Assembly (NCBI GenBank): GCA_038087875.1
Contig: CM075980.1
Coordinates: 11,842,001 to 11,906,000 of the forward strand
Origin: Malacoraja senta
Taxonomy: Eukaryota
Direction: 5' to 3'
DNA: 64,000 bases
In this document: in pieces, positions 26,311 through 37,980 of the stretch
How the letters are laid out: the number at the start of each line of letters is the position of its first letter
Numbering within the stretch: position 1 is the first letter of the stretch
Made by a program: the position numbers and the translations under genes
The notes under the pieces: model-generated
Seen by the model: the letters and a program-made list of their open reading frames with translations, nothing else
What the model was told of the DNA's origin: nothing
Database searches by the model: none

Positions 26311-26321
26311 CTTTAGGCTAA

Positions 26322-27540
26322 CACTTTAGAGATACAGCGCAGAAACAGGCCCTTTGGCCCATGGAATCCGCACCGACCAGTAAATCACCCCGTACACTAG
26401 CACTATCCTACACACTAGGGACAATTTACAATTTTTACCAAAGCCAAAAGTACGTCTTTGGAGTGTGGGAGGAAACCGGAGCTCTTGGTGCAAACCCATG
26501 TGGTCACAGGGAGAACGTACATGATTGGCTGCTCTAATGGTTAGAATGCATGGGATCCAGGAAGAGCTAGCTAACGAGACACGGAATTGGCTTCATGGTA
26601 GGAAGGTGAAAAGGTGATGGTAGAAGGTTTTTTGAATTGGAGGCCTGTGTCTAGTGGCATGTCTCAAGGATCGGTACGGGGCCCATTGCTGTTTGTCATC
26701 TGTATTAATGATGTCAATGGGAGTATTCAAGGTATGATTAATAATTTTGCAGATGACATCAAAATAGGTGATACCACAGACAGATGGTTATCAATAATCA
26801 CAGTGGGATCTTGATCAGCTAGACAGGTGGAATGAGAAATGGCAAATGGAGTTTAATTCAGATAAATATGAGGAGTTACATTTTGGAAAACATACCTGGG
26901 CAGGATCTTCACAGTAAAGGGCAGGGCCCTGGGGAGTGTTGTAGAACAGACGGATGTGGGGGTACTAACATTAAATTCCCTGAAAATGTCATCGCAGGTA
27001 GATGGGGGGGGTGAAGAAGGCTTTTGACATGCTGGCCTTCGTCAGTTGAAGAATTGAGTATACAGGTTTAGATGTTATGTTACAGTTGTACAAGACTTGA
27101 GGCCACATGTGGAATATTGTGTTCAGTTTTGGTCACCCTGCTATAGGAAAGATGCCATTAAGCTGGAGAGAGTGCGGAGAAGATATACGAGGATTTTGCC
27201 AAAACCCAAGGGACTGAGCTATAGGGAGGTTGGGAATGCTGGGACTTAATTCCTTGGAATGCAGGGGGCTGAGAAGTGATCTTATAGAGCTATATAAAAT
27301 GAGGGGAATAGAGAGGGTGAATGCACGCAGTCCTTTTTTCCCAGGGTAGGGGAATGATAAACTAGAGAGCATAGGTTTAAGGGGTGGGGGTGAGAATAGT
27401 TGAGGCAGCTGCATAACAACAGTTAAGACTTTTGGACGTACATGGATCTGGAGGGATATGCACCAGGTGATGGTAAATGGGACTAACTTAGGTGGGACCT
27501 CTTCTTTGACCTGCACCAGTTGTATGACTCCATGATTCTA
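26322..27540. mobile_element. SINE 3' half (-) fused to a CR1 RT/3' fragment (+)
   Basis: SINE at 26322-26521. CR1 WRPVSSGMSQGSVRGPLLFVICIND..FADD from ~26614. Confidence 0.75.
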
Positions 27541-27708
27541 CTCTTGGCTACATCCTCAAATCTGTGTACCACCTACCACTCAAAAAAATCCCCGTCTCTT
27601 TACATCACCCTTCATAAAATGAAATGCCCCCATTTATGTAATCTCTGACCCGGCAGAAAATGTCCATCTGCATCAGTGGCAATGTGCATACAATTTTATA
27701 CCATCTCT

Positions 27709-27920
27709 NNNNNNNNNNNNNNNNNNNNNNNNNNNNNNNNNNNNNNNNNNNNNNNNNNNNNNNNNNNNNNNNNNNNNNNNNNNNNNNNNNNNNNNNNNNN
27801 NNNNNNNNNNNNNNNNNNNNNNNNNNNNNNNNNNNNNNNNNNNNNNNNNNNNNNNNNNNNNNNNNNNNNNNNNNNNNNNNNNNNNNNNNNNNNNNNNNNN
27901 NNNNNNNNNNNNNNNNNNNN
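27709..27920. other. Assembly gap (212 N) followed by a C/T-rich low-complexity tract
   Basis: Run of N, then a polypyrimidine tract at 27921-28035. Confidence 0.99.
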
Positions 27921-28039
27921 TCTCCCCACCTACCCCCTTTTCCCTTCCTCTCCCCTCCCGACTCTACCCCCCTCCTCTCCCTCTATCCCCTTGCTCCCCC
28001 ACTCCTCACCTCCCCCTTTCCCACCCTCCCCCACAATGA

Positions 28040-28900
28040 AAATCGTGTTGTTTAATTTTTTTTTTTTAATCTCAATGAAAATCACATTTTTTCTTTAATA
28101 TAACCCAAACATCCAAACATAGTGTTATCTGTTAATGAAAACCAAAGAAATTGATTTAAACTTTTTTTTGAAAATCGCGATTTTTTAATGTAAATGAGAT
28201 TCAAGATCCCATTGTGACGTCGAACACGGCAAGTGGAAAAGTGGTTTGAAAAGTGATTTTTATAAAGTTTAAAATGTCAATAACTTGTAAAATATACCAT
28301 CAATCTGAACAAAACTTGTTTCATTTACATCACAGGACAATGGTGAGTAAGGTGGGCCAAATATTGTAGCGCTATCGTGTACCGTTTTTGGCGGGTTTTG
28401 GGATATCAAGCACACGCATACAAACAAACAGAGTTTTAGTAATATACTAGATTAAGAATAACCCGCGGAGGGGGCGGGGGTTTGAATAACCCCGGGGGGG
28501 GGGAATAACCCGTGGGGGGGGGCACTCTGCAGCTTTGGGAGCCCACTGTGATTATCATCACTGGAAGATCCTGGAAAAAAAGTTGTCCGTGAGAAGCTGC
28601 TGTTACCGTTGGCAACGTCCCATTGTGATGTCATTGGCACTCGGCAGCTTGAGAGTCCATTGTGATTGGTGCACTGTGAGTGGCATTGTGACATCATCAG
28701 TGGAAAGTCCTGGAGAAAGGCTGTGTGTGAGAACCGGTTTTTTACCTTTTCTTAAAACTTCAATCGTCAATAACTCGCAAAATATAGGATGAAATCTTAA
28801 GTGAACCTGATTACTGCGTGGAGGGGGAAATGCGAGTCAGAATATGTAAAAACGTAACTGCTACCGCGTAGTGTTTTGGCGCACGTGCACACACACACAC
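28040..28900 (+). repeat. Two diverged tandem units of a non-autonomous DNA element (possibly Helitron/Helentron-like)
   Basis: Similar motifs recur: gtcaataacttgtaaaatata / gtcaaataactcgcaaaatata and gctatcgtgtaccgtttttgg / gctaccgcgtagtgttttgg. Junction ...aatatactag at ~28450. Confidence 0.35.
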
Positions 28901-28915
28901 AGTGACACCCAATAC

Positions 28916-29038
28916 CTGTGCTGTTTTGGGACAGAGTCAAGTTGAAATCCTTTTTGCTTTCCACCAAGTTCGTACAATTTACTCCTGATGTAATACGCTG
29001 CTCAGCTCTTAAATCTGTTCCATTGGAAGGTACACATT
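28916..29038 (-). CDS. PIK3IP1: PIK3IP1 exon 2, degenerate first half of kringle (123 bp, phase 1-1)
   Basis: ttgcag|AA TGT...ACAG|gtatt. Translates (E)CVPSNGTDLRAEQRITSGVNCTNLVESKKDFNLTLSQNST, compared with kringle CxxxNGxxYRGxxxxTxxGxxCxxW. Confidence 0.82.
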
Positions 29039-29899
29039 CTGCAACAAATTAACACAGAAAATGATGAGCAATTACAGCATGGGGAGGGGAGGGGGCGGAG
29101 GGTCATAGACCTTGGGGAAGAGACGGTGGAAATGTGTGGGAGAGGAAGAGACAGGAGGGAAAGTCGAAGCAAAGGCCCGAGGGAGTTGAGAGAGGGTTAG
29201 GATGACGATGGGATAGGAGGAGAGGGGGCATGGGATGCGGCAAAGTAGGAGTGCAAAGAGTGGTGGTGAGGTCGGATGGGAGGCATCAATGATGAGGAAG
29301 GGTCTGATGGAGAGTTTTGGATGTTATGGAGAGTTGTGATTTGTTGGTGGGGAAGGAGAGAGTTGTGATTAGTAGGTAAGAAACAATTGGTGAATGGGAG
29401 CAGGAGAAAGTACGTGGTGTGTATTGACAGTGGAGATTGAATGATTGCTCTGTCTCCCCTCTCCCAACCTCACCTGCACCATAACTGTAAGATATTACAA
29501 CTTCAGCACGTAGATAGAAGCAAGCACAGGTTGTCAGTACACGCTGTTGCTCTATATTTCACAAAAGTACACTGCACATACTCACACATATTCACGAGAC
29601 TGATACGATATTGAATATATCACATGACACAAATCATGCCATTCTAGTACTCAGTACTTAAAGTTAGTTACCATTATATACACTACAATAACGTTGCTCC
29701 CTCCCCTCTCTCCCACACCACCTGCCTCCCCTTCCCCTCCAGCTTGCCCCTCCGACCCCCACCCCTCCTCGCATCCCCCAACCCTCTCCTTCCCCCCCCT
29801 CCCGCCTCTACTCTACTCCCCCCCTCCCCGCCTCTACTCCCCCCCTTCTTTCTTCCACCCCCTTCATTCTCTCTCCCCCCCTCCCCTCCCCCTCCCCCC

Positions 29900-30560
29900 T
29901 ACGGGGCCTCGCGGCTTTTCCCTGGTCGCGGGGCAGCTCCAACCACCGACAGCAAGTGTAGGAGCAGCGCTGCCAGCTTGAGGCCCGGGAGGGTGACGCC
30001 GACGCCGCGGTCCCCGTTCCCCCGGGTGGTGCTGGTGCTGGTGCCGCGGTCCCCCATCCCCCGGGAGCCGCCGCTGGGATCCATTGCAACTTGTAAACAA
30101 CCTCGCTCCTACATCAACATCTCTCTCCGCCCAATCAGGACACAAAGTACAGCAACCAACCAGCAATCTCCGCCCAGCAGCCAATCCAAACCCTGACCCG
30201 GAGATGAATGACCAATCCCGAGACACAGTCTCGGCCCGACAACCAATCGCAAGCTCGTGTCACGCAACTAAGTCACGAGCGGGACTCTGCGCCCAGCAAC
30301 CAATGGGAGCGCGGACTCTGCGCTCAGCAACTAATCCCAGCCGGGACTCTGCGCTCAGCAACAATCACAGCCGGGACTCTGCGCCCAGCAACCAATGGGA
30401 ACGCCCGCGCCGAGCTGAGCGGAGACACAAGGTGGGGCGTGCAGTAAATAACAAAGGCCGGGAACCTCAGCGGGCCGGGCCGGGCAGCGTCTGTAGAGGG
30501 ATAAGTTCGTCCAGTACTTTGATTTTTAATGTCAAGCCCGGTGACCCGCACTCAGACCCA
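29900..30560. promoter_or_regulatory. CpG island / PIK3IP1 promoter with CCAAT-box array and forkhead motif
   Basis: High CpG density. CCAAT at ~30131, 30181, 30212, 30243, 30300 and 30392, partly within a ~30-bp tandem repeat (gggactctgcgc[c/t]cagcaac). GTAAACAA at 30093-30100 and a GC-box-like ggggcgtg near 30434. Confidence 0.75.
29922..30084 (-). CDS. PIK3IP1: PIK3IP1 exon 1 (ATG, signal peptide); donor uncertain
   Basis: ATG at 30084 in a CpG island. Signal-like LKLAALLLHLLSVVGAAPRP. The required phase-1 donor position reads CCAG|GGAAAA, which is non-canonical. Confidence 0.65.
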
Positions 30561-31119
30561 AGGCCCTGCAGCCGATCCAAATCCAGCCCCACAACCAAAG
30601 ATCCTATAGCGGATCTTTGCCCACAACTAATCGGAGAGGCGCAATTGAAAAAGACCTGGTCGGTGCCGAAGAACCGTGGCCCACAGGCCTCTACTACTAC
30701 CAGTGTCCAAATTTGCCTATAAATCCACGAATGGTTTAGCAGGCAAGGAGACCCTCTTAACCGAATGTACCTCAGAGACAGTCATCAGCACCCCTTGAGG
30801 CGCAAAGTTTTTATGATAAATACTATGCCCGTTTCCCTCTCACTGTTAAAACCATGCAACCCCAAGATTAGGTTTCCATTTTGTAATGTGTTCTCAGCAC
30901 ATTCCCCACCATCTAGAATGGTTTCTTATCCAGGACCCATTTGCAGGTGGTGAATAATTAATATATAAGCAAGTCAATTTGATTCCACGCCGTTTCCTGT
31001 TATTATTATTTACAAACTTCTAATTTGGAATTCACCCTGTAATTCAATATCAGGCAACCTTTCCAAGTCTTCAGCACACTACGCTGTCCAAAAAGCCAAG
31101 GAGGCTTTTAGCAGCTGGG

Positions 31120-31680
31120 ATCAAGCTGGGCATATCTGGAGGAGTTTAGGGGACCGAGGAGCATACTTAACAAAGAAACCAGGAGGGTAAAAAGGGGACA
31201 ACCTCACAGGTAAAATTAAGGAGAATCCAAAGAGTTTGTATGTATATTAAGGAAAAGAGGGTACCTAAAGAGAGAATAGGATCTCGCACAAACCAAAACG
31301 GTCAACTATGTGTGGAGCTTCAGGTGATTGCCAAGGTCCTCAATGAGTACGCCTTTTCTTTTACTGTGGAGAAAAACATGAAAACTGGAGAACTTGAGAG
31401 AATTAGTGTAGATGTCGAGAGGACAGTCCGTATTACCACCGAGGAGGTGCTAGACATCCTAAGGCGTATGAAGGTAGATAAACCTTCTGGGTCTGATAAG
31501 ATTTATCCAATCTATGGGAAGCTAGAGAAAAAATTGCTGGAACCCTCTCTGAGATATATGAATCATTAGAGGCTGGATGACTGGACTGTGCTTCCATTTA
31601 TGAAGGTCTGCAAGGAAAAACCAGGAAACTATAGACCAGTGAGCTTAAGTTACTGGAGAGGCTTCTGAGGGATAAGATAT
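31120..31680 (+). mobile_element. CR1 ORF2 fragment
   Basis: IKENPK..YIKEKR..MKVDKPSGSDKIYP..NYRPVSL. Confidence 0.75.
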
Positions 31681-32211
31681 GTGCACTGAATATCATCCAA
31701 ATCATCACATTAGATTCCAATGTGCGCCCCATTCACAGGAATATGCAAAAACTCAATCCAACTTTAATCCATCCCTCAATACGATGAACCCTACCATGGT
31801 TCAATACTGGATCCACAGGTGCCTCCGTAGTCTGTTCCACGAGGCACAGTCTCACTCATAACTCACTTTGAATTTTAGTTAATCTACACGTAAATCCCCA
31901 CTTCCATCTACCCAAAGCCCCTCAGTTACAGTCCATTGCAGCAGAATCTCTGGCTTAAGGTCCAATGTGTAACGTTGTTATTCTCAATTAAAACCAGCAA
32001 ACCCAGAGCTTATATTCTAGTTAGTAACTGCCAACGGTTGCATAAGTAAACCAACTGCATGCCTCGATATGACAGCAGTGTGTAGAACCATCAACTGGGC
32101 TCAGTCCAGGGAGACGGGTGGAGATTCCAACAGTTGTCTTCATGAACGTGGGATAAATGTTGACGGGAAGTGACAGCAAGATATCATGACAAAACCATCT
32201 CCACTTCAGAA

Positions 32212-32217
32212 TTTATT
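32212..32217 (-). terminator. Candidate DGCR2 poly(A) signal AATAAA
   Basis: TTTATT on the + strand, ~1.7 kb past the DGCR2 stop. Alternatives at ~32327 and ~32454. Confidence 0.4.
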
Positions 32218-33899
32218 TGGCATTTCATTTTGTTAACAGAGGTACAAGACATTGAATCAGTCCTTACATGATGCAGTGAAAGAACAAGTGAAAAATGGAA
32301 AATTCTGAACAAACACACATATCAAATTTATTGTCTACTTATTATTCACCGAGTATCAAAATCTTTCCACTGCCACAGAAAGTTCCAATCACAAACTACA
32401 AATGTCTGTTAACTGCGGTGTTCGAATAGGTTGTGAGCGCATGTGCACGTCTGTTTATTTGACAATTGAGGAATGAAGGGAGAGACCGTGACCAGCCGAT
32501 ACAAAGACAGTGCAGAATTCCCAAAACCCCATTTGAATGGACTTTATTCCAACAAATTGGCTACCGCAACCAGATCAACAGAAAGCCCAGCAATCACATC
32601 AACCAACATTAAAATCATTGATAGGTATCACCAGATCACATCAACATGATTATCAGCCACATCAATATACAGCACTAACAGCATTGATTCATATCAATCA
32701 CATCAATGTAGGTGATCATTAGACCACGTCAACATTGTTGACATTTCATTATTAACTGCACCATAGCAATGATCAATATCATCAGCAGTGAAAAGCTCCA
32801 GGGGAGGGAGCAGGGGCAGGGAGCAGAGAATAGAGAAAGTGCTTGCGAGTGCACTCTGTAATACACAGGACCTCCTGCCACTCTGGCCCAGTCAGCAGCC
32901 CTCCACTCTCAGCTTATTAAACATTAGTACTGATACAGTACTGCTAAAAAATACAACTGAGCCAGACCTCCCACTGTGGTACACTACCTCTGATTCAGGC
33001 CCTTAACCCAATCCACCTACACGGGAGGCTGTAACACCCCTGCCATGCGTCACAGAGTTGATCACTTACGCTCACCGCGAGCGTCAATGGGAGTGGAGAC
33101 CTCTCCCCACCCTCCTGGAGTGAAAGGACGTGCAGCCACCCCACTGACCGAGGCCGTAACCCTTCCCTCTGCGACAGAACTTGTAAACCATCAACCCCGT
33201 CATGGAGCGCTGCAGACCCTGTACCCCATCCTTGGGCTTCGCTCACCCCCACCCACCTCCCTGTATACCACCCTCCACCAAAGTGCACATAGGACTGCGT
33301 TACAACCCCTCCCAGGACTCCACCCTAGCCCCAGATTACACCACCTGCCCGCCCCAAATGGCCTGTAACTCTGCTCCCCTCCCAGTGACGAGTATACCCA
33401 CCTACCTTTCACCCTTGTATTATATAGGCTGCTCCGAGCAACAGCACCAGCCGGCTTCATCAGTTACACTTCTGTTTGTGTGGAGACGTCGCTCGGCACT
33501 TGCCAAGGACTGGGCCTGGTCCACTCCCAGTCCGAGAGCCTTGCTTATCCCACAGGTTGGCGATGCACACAGAACCACCTATCCCTCACGTCTCTTCCAG
33601 CCTCTTGATTCTAAGCCCTGTATTTGTATGCAAAGTCTATTTAAAAATAACACAAAAAAAAAAAAAAACAGCTGCCGTTTAGGGTTCTAAAGTCCTACAA
33701 TACCCGCGAACTGGGAAACGTGCTGCATTCCATCATCAATATATACACAAATGATCAACTCATTCATCAAAACAGGGTAATCTGCTGGAGACCAGAACCG
33801 AAGTCTTGTTAAGTCATCTGACTGGTATTGTCAATATAGCACTGTGCAAACATTTGCCCAAATTCAATAAAACAATGATTAATCGCCCTCCCTTCCAAT

Positions 33900-34117
33900 T
33901 TATACCACTGTATTTACTGAAGAGTGACTGCTGCGATTCAGCGCACTCTCTGGGTGGATGGGGTGTGGCACCAGTAAGGTACTGCTGCCAGCCGAGACCT
34001 GCAGCTCCTCCGTGGCGGCCTCCAGAGTGAAGCTGCTCACATCAGTCGGCTCTCCAATGACGGTCTCGGCTACAGCGCGCTGGCTGATCTGTTCCACCAC
34101 CTGCCCAGGACCACCAC
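33900..34117 (-). CDS. DGCR2: DGCR2 last coding exon
   Basis: ttcag|GT GGT. Ends ...SAGSSTLLVP...SSHSSVNTVV*. Human ends SSLNTVV, a PDZ-binding-type C-terminus. Confidence 0.92.
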
Positions 34118-35817
34118 CTGAAAACAAAAGACATTTCATTTGTTATCGCACAACAAAATACTGGCCGGAGAGAGACTTTTGCAGGGCTTCTGGTGGTCTC
34201 TGGAGCAGCTAGATTGTGCTCCCATTTTTCAGGTTGAGGACATTGCCCATCCCTACTTGCTTCAAAGGTGAACTGTCTCCTTAAATATTTCTGGTGACGT
34301 ACTCACTTCCACACCGTTGGCGTGGGACATTCAGTATTTGGACCAAGCCATGGGGGAAGTTTGGGCAGGGAGAATGGTGAAATATTTCCAAATTAGGACA
34401 GGAATCTGTAGGATGTGCACCCTTCTTGGTGTTCATAGCAAAGGACACAGCTTCTGAAGGTGCGGTCAGAGTTAACACAACAATGTTGTAAACAGTCTTA
34501 ACATTCTTAGAGATAGCAATTGTTGACTTGGCCTGGTGTCAGCTCTTCCATGCAGTAAAATCACAGTTGGGGAAAAGCAGTAAACACAGTTCTTTCCTTT
34601 ATTTCTAAAACTCTCCCCAATGGAATACAACTTCCCACACTCAAGTCCTCGAACCCAGTATTTAACCCGGTGGGAACCGATCATACATTCTGCCTTGTTG
34701 TGGAGGGTGGCAAGCTTGTTAGATATTGCCATTCCATCCAGGCCACAATTACCCTGAAGGGCCCTGATCCGAAACATTACCTATCAACATTCTCCAGAGA
34801 GGCTGCCGGACACACTGAGTTACTCAGCACTTTGTCTGTTTTGTGTTAACTAGCATCAGTAGTTCCTTGTTTCCACAGGCTAGAATTATGCTGGGTTAAT
34901 ACTGATCAGACATGTAACTGTACCAACCTTACCACCGGGTGGCACCACCATCATGGCAGCCTCGCCAACAGTCTGTGTGTCCTACTGTTTTTATTATTTT
35001 ACGTTTGTTTAAACAGTTGTATTTATTTTATGTGTTTATTGTGTTCTTTTCACTTAGTATGGCTGTATGGTAACTCAAATTTTACTGTACCATAGTTGGT
35101 TAAGTGACAATAAACGCAAACTTGAACTTATACATATGGAGCAACAGAGGTTGGGTATCCCATCCAAAACCATCTTCCAAACTTATAACCTTACAACCTA
35201 GTAGAGAAAGGGAAGGGAAGACCATTACCTGCAGGTCTCCCTCTTGGTTGCAGAGTATCCTGAAACTTGCCACTTAACAGGAATGTGTGAATACCTTCAA
35301 ATTCTGCAGCGTTTCACGGGAGAGGCTCATAACCACCTTCCCAAGGACAACTAGGGATAAACTGTAGGTGCAAGGAATTGCAGATGATGGAATCCTGAGC
35401 AAAACATAGTGCTGGATTAACTCAGTGGGTTAGGCAACATCTGTGGAGAGAATGGACAGATGACATTTTGGGTTGGGACCCCTCTTCAGAGTTATTGTAC
35501 TGGGGCAGGGGGTTATACTTTGCCAGCAGGAACTACATGAATAGATCCAGTATGAAGAAATGTGCCATATCTTTCTAGCATACCATAGTCCAGGAGATTG
35601 GACCACCAGATCTTCAAAATCATTGTCACCACAGAATTCCCCCACTCTAATTCCACGATTTGACTCGTGCTCTGAACCATACTTGCCTAATCTCTTTAGC
35701 TACCTTTTACAGATAATGACGCTATGATAGAAGGATAAGAACCTTGTACCATCCTACTCAGAATCATCATGTTATGATAATATCATGCTACAGAGAGATG
35801 GTGTAAGTTGGACCCAC

Positions 35818-36057
35818 CTGGGCTTACACAAAGCATGCTGTTTGAATTGATGGATGCCTCATACGGAGGGGGTGGATCATCAGGATGCTGAATGTCTGGG
35901 TATTTATAAGCCGTGTATGGAGGTGGGGGATCGTGGAAATGGAATGCTCCTCCCTCACCATCGTCAGAGAGATGCAGAGGAGTTAGGCCTGATCCAAGGC
36001 TATCTGGACCATAATCAAAGCCTGGCATTCTGCTTCGGGCGAGGTTAAAATGATGCA
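35818..36057 (-). CDS. DGCR2: DGCR2 exon, cytoplasmic PPPY motifs (240 bp)
   Basis: [61 protein letters not shown]. Canonical ag/gt. Confidence 0.97.
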
Positions 36058-37544
36058 CTGTGAAAGAAAACCAGAAAAATCAGCTGCAAATACTAGACCA
36101 GATTCAGTGCCAGCAAATGGCTACCAACTCCACATAGAACAGCTAACAAACCCCAACGTTTCCCTTTCATGCTGCTTTATGTGAAAATAGCCCCCCATTC
36201 CCCCATTTCCAATGTTCCCAGCTTAACTCCTCATTCCTCCACCAACTCCACTGTCCCTGGTTCCACTGCCCGTCCCCTTCACCCCTCCACTATCCCAGGT
36301 CCCCTTCACCAGCCCTCTCACCCAGATCAAGTTATAACAGGTACAGATTTCAGAGGTCTGACTCAAATAACCTTGTTGGACAAGAGGAAGTTGTCTCACA
36401 GAAAATTTGTATTTACACTGAAACTTGAACACGAATCGGTCCCAAACCTTCAGGAAATTTAGCAAAGAAAATTTGACAATGACTACATATTGAGGAACCA
36501 ATTGAGGTGATCAATAGACTGGTCTAATGATAAGTTTCAAGATGTATCCTAAAATAAAATACAGGGAACAGGCCAAGGACTTTGGAGCACTAAAGCCAAG
36601 AAAAACACAACGAAGAGGCGTAACAAAGTCTGGATCCAAACTGGCTCAGCAAATAAAAATCGTGCAGTTTTAACTCAGAACAAATCTCAAGGTGTCTCCA
36701 ACAAAATATGGGAACAATCCCAATGGAAAAGTAGAGCTTAGTTGATAGGATATATACAACAAATGGTTCAGGAATAGAGTCCCAGAGTGAACGAGCAATG
36801 GACTACTGGTCCTCTTGAACCTGCTCTGTCATTCAGTAACATCCCAGCTACCTCACCACCACTTTCCTGCAGTAACTCCACATCCCTCAAATCACTTAAT
36901 ATTCAAAAATCAACCATTCCCATCTTGAATACACTCAGCAACTACGTTTCCTCTTCCCCTGAGGAGTGAATTTTAAAGATCATATATTTTCCAGGTGAAA
37001 TAATTTCTCCTCATTTCTATCCCGAATGCTGACCCTGTACTCTGAGACAGACACTGAGCTAGGGGAAACAGCATTACTGCTGCTTCATAAGAAACGGCAA
37101 GCTTCATAAAAATGCTTGAGATCACCTCTCACTCTTCGAAACTCCAGGGAGTAGAGCCAGACTTCTCAATCTCACCTTTAATGACAAATCTGCCTTCCAG
37201 GAATCAATTTGGTGAATCTTTGCTAATGTTGTTATCTTTCCTTAAGTAATGAGACCAGACATACACAAAATATTCCACATGTGATCTCACTAGGGTCTGA
37301 CACAGCTGGAAGAAAACTTCCACCCTTGAAAATAAATCCTCTAAACCTCTAAAGGCCAATATATTGTTTAGCTTCCTAATTATGTGCTGAACATTTACCC
37401 GTTATCTTTCAGTGATAGAGTGTACAAGAACACCCAGGTCCCTGTGAACACCAACAACTTTCAACCTCGAATACTTAAAACCAATATTCTGCCTTTTCTC
37501 TATCAAAGTGGATGATCTCACTTTTCCCACACTTTCTCACATCT

Positions 37545-37980
37545 AAGTAAGTTTATTGGTCAAGTATTCACATACAAGGAATTTGCCTTGGTGCTCCGCC
37601 CACAAGTAACATGACATACAGTGACAGTTACGAATGACTCAGAAAACACTAAACATGAATAATAATAAAACACCATCGATCAAGCATGTGAACCAACAAA
37701 ATACCAGATCAAACGGAGGCTACAGATTTTTGGCTGTTGAGTAGAGCAACTACTCGTGGATAAAAACAGTTTTTATGTCTGGCTGTGGCAGCTTTGACAA
37801 TCCGGAGTCGCCTTCCAGAGGGAAGTGATTCAAAGAGTTTGTGGCCAGGGTGAGAGGGGTCAGAGATGATCTTGCCCGCTCGCTTCCTGGCCCTTGCAGT
37901 GTACAGTTCATCAATGGAGGGAAGGTTGCAGCCAATAACCTTCTCTTCTGATCGGACGATTCGCTGCAGCCTCCAGGTGT
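37545..37980 (-). mobile_element. Rex1/Babar-type LINE 3' end
   Basis: RLQRIVRS..IISDPSHPGHKLFESLPSGRR, with an acttactt tail. Inserted in an older CR1. Confidence 0.8.

Noticed and set aside
27660-28098. ORFs crossing the N run
   Set aside because: They are artefacts of the assembly gap.
30240-30400. Repeat-spacer-like array resembling CRISPR
   Set aside because: This is a eukaryotic tandem repeat with no unique spacers and no cas genes.
30084-30722. 212-aa + strand ORF divergent from PIK3IP1
   Set aside because: It has a non-ATG start, spans the GC-rich promoter repeat and shows no recognisable domain.
33045-33690. Pro-rich ORFs of 100-160 aa
   Set aside because: This is low-complexity sequence in or antisense to the DGCR2 3' UTR.
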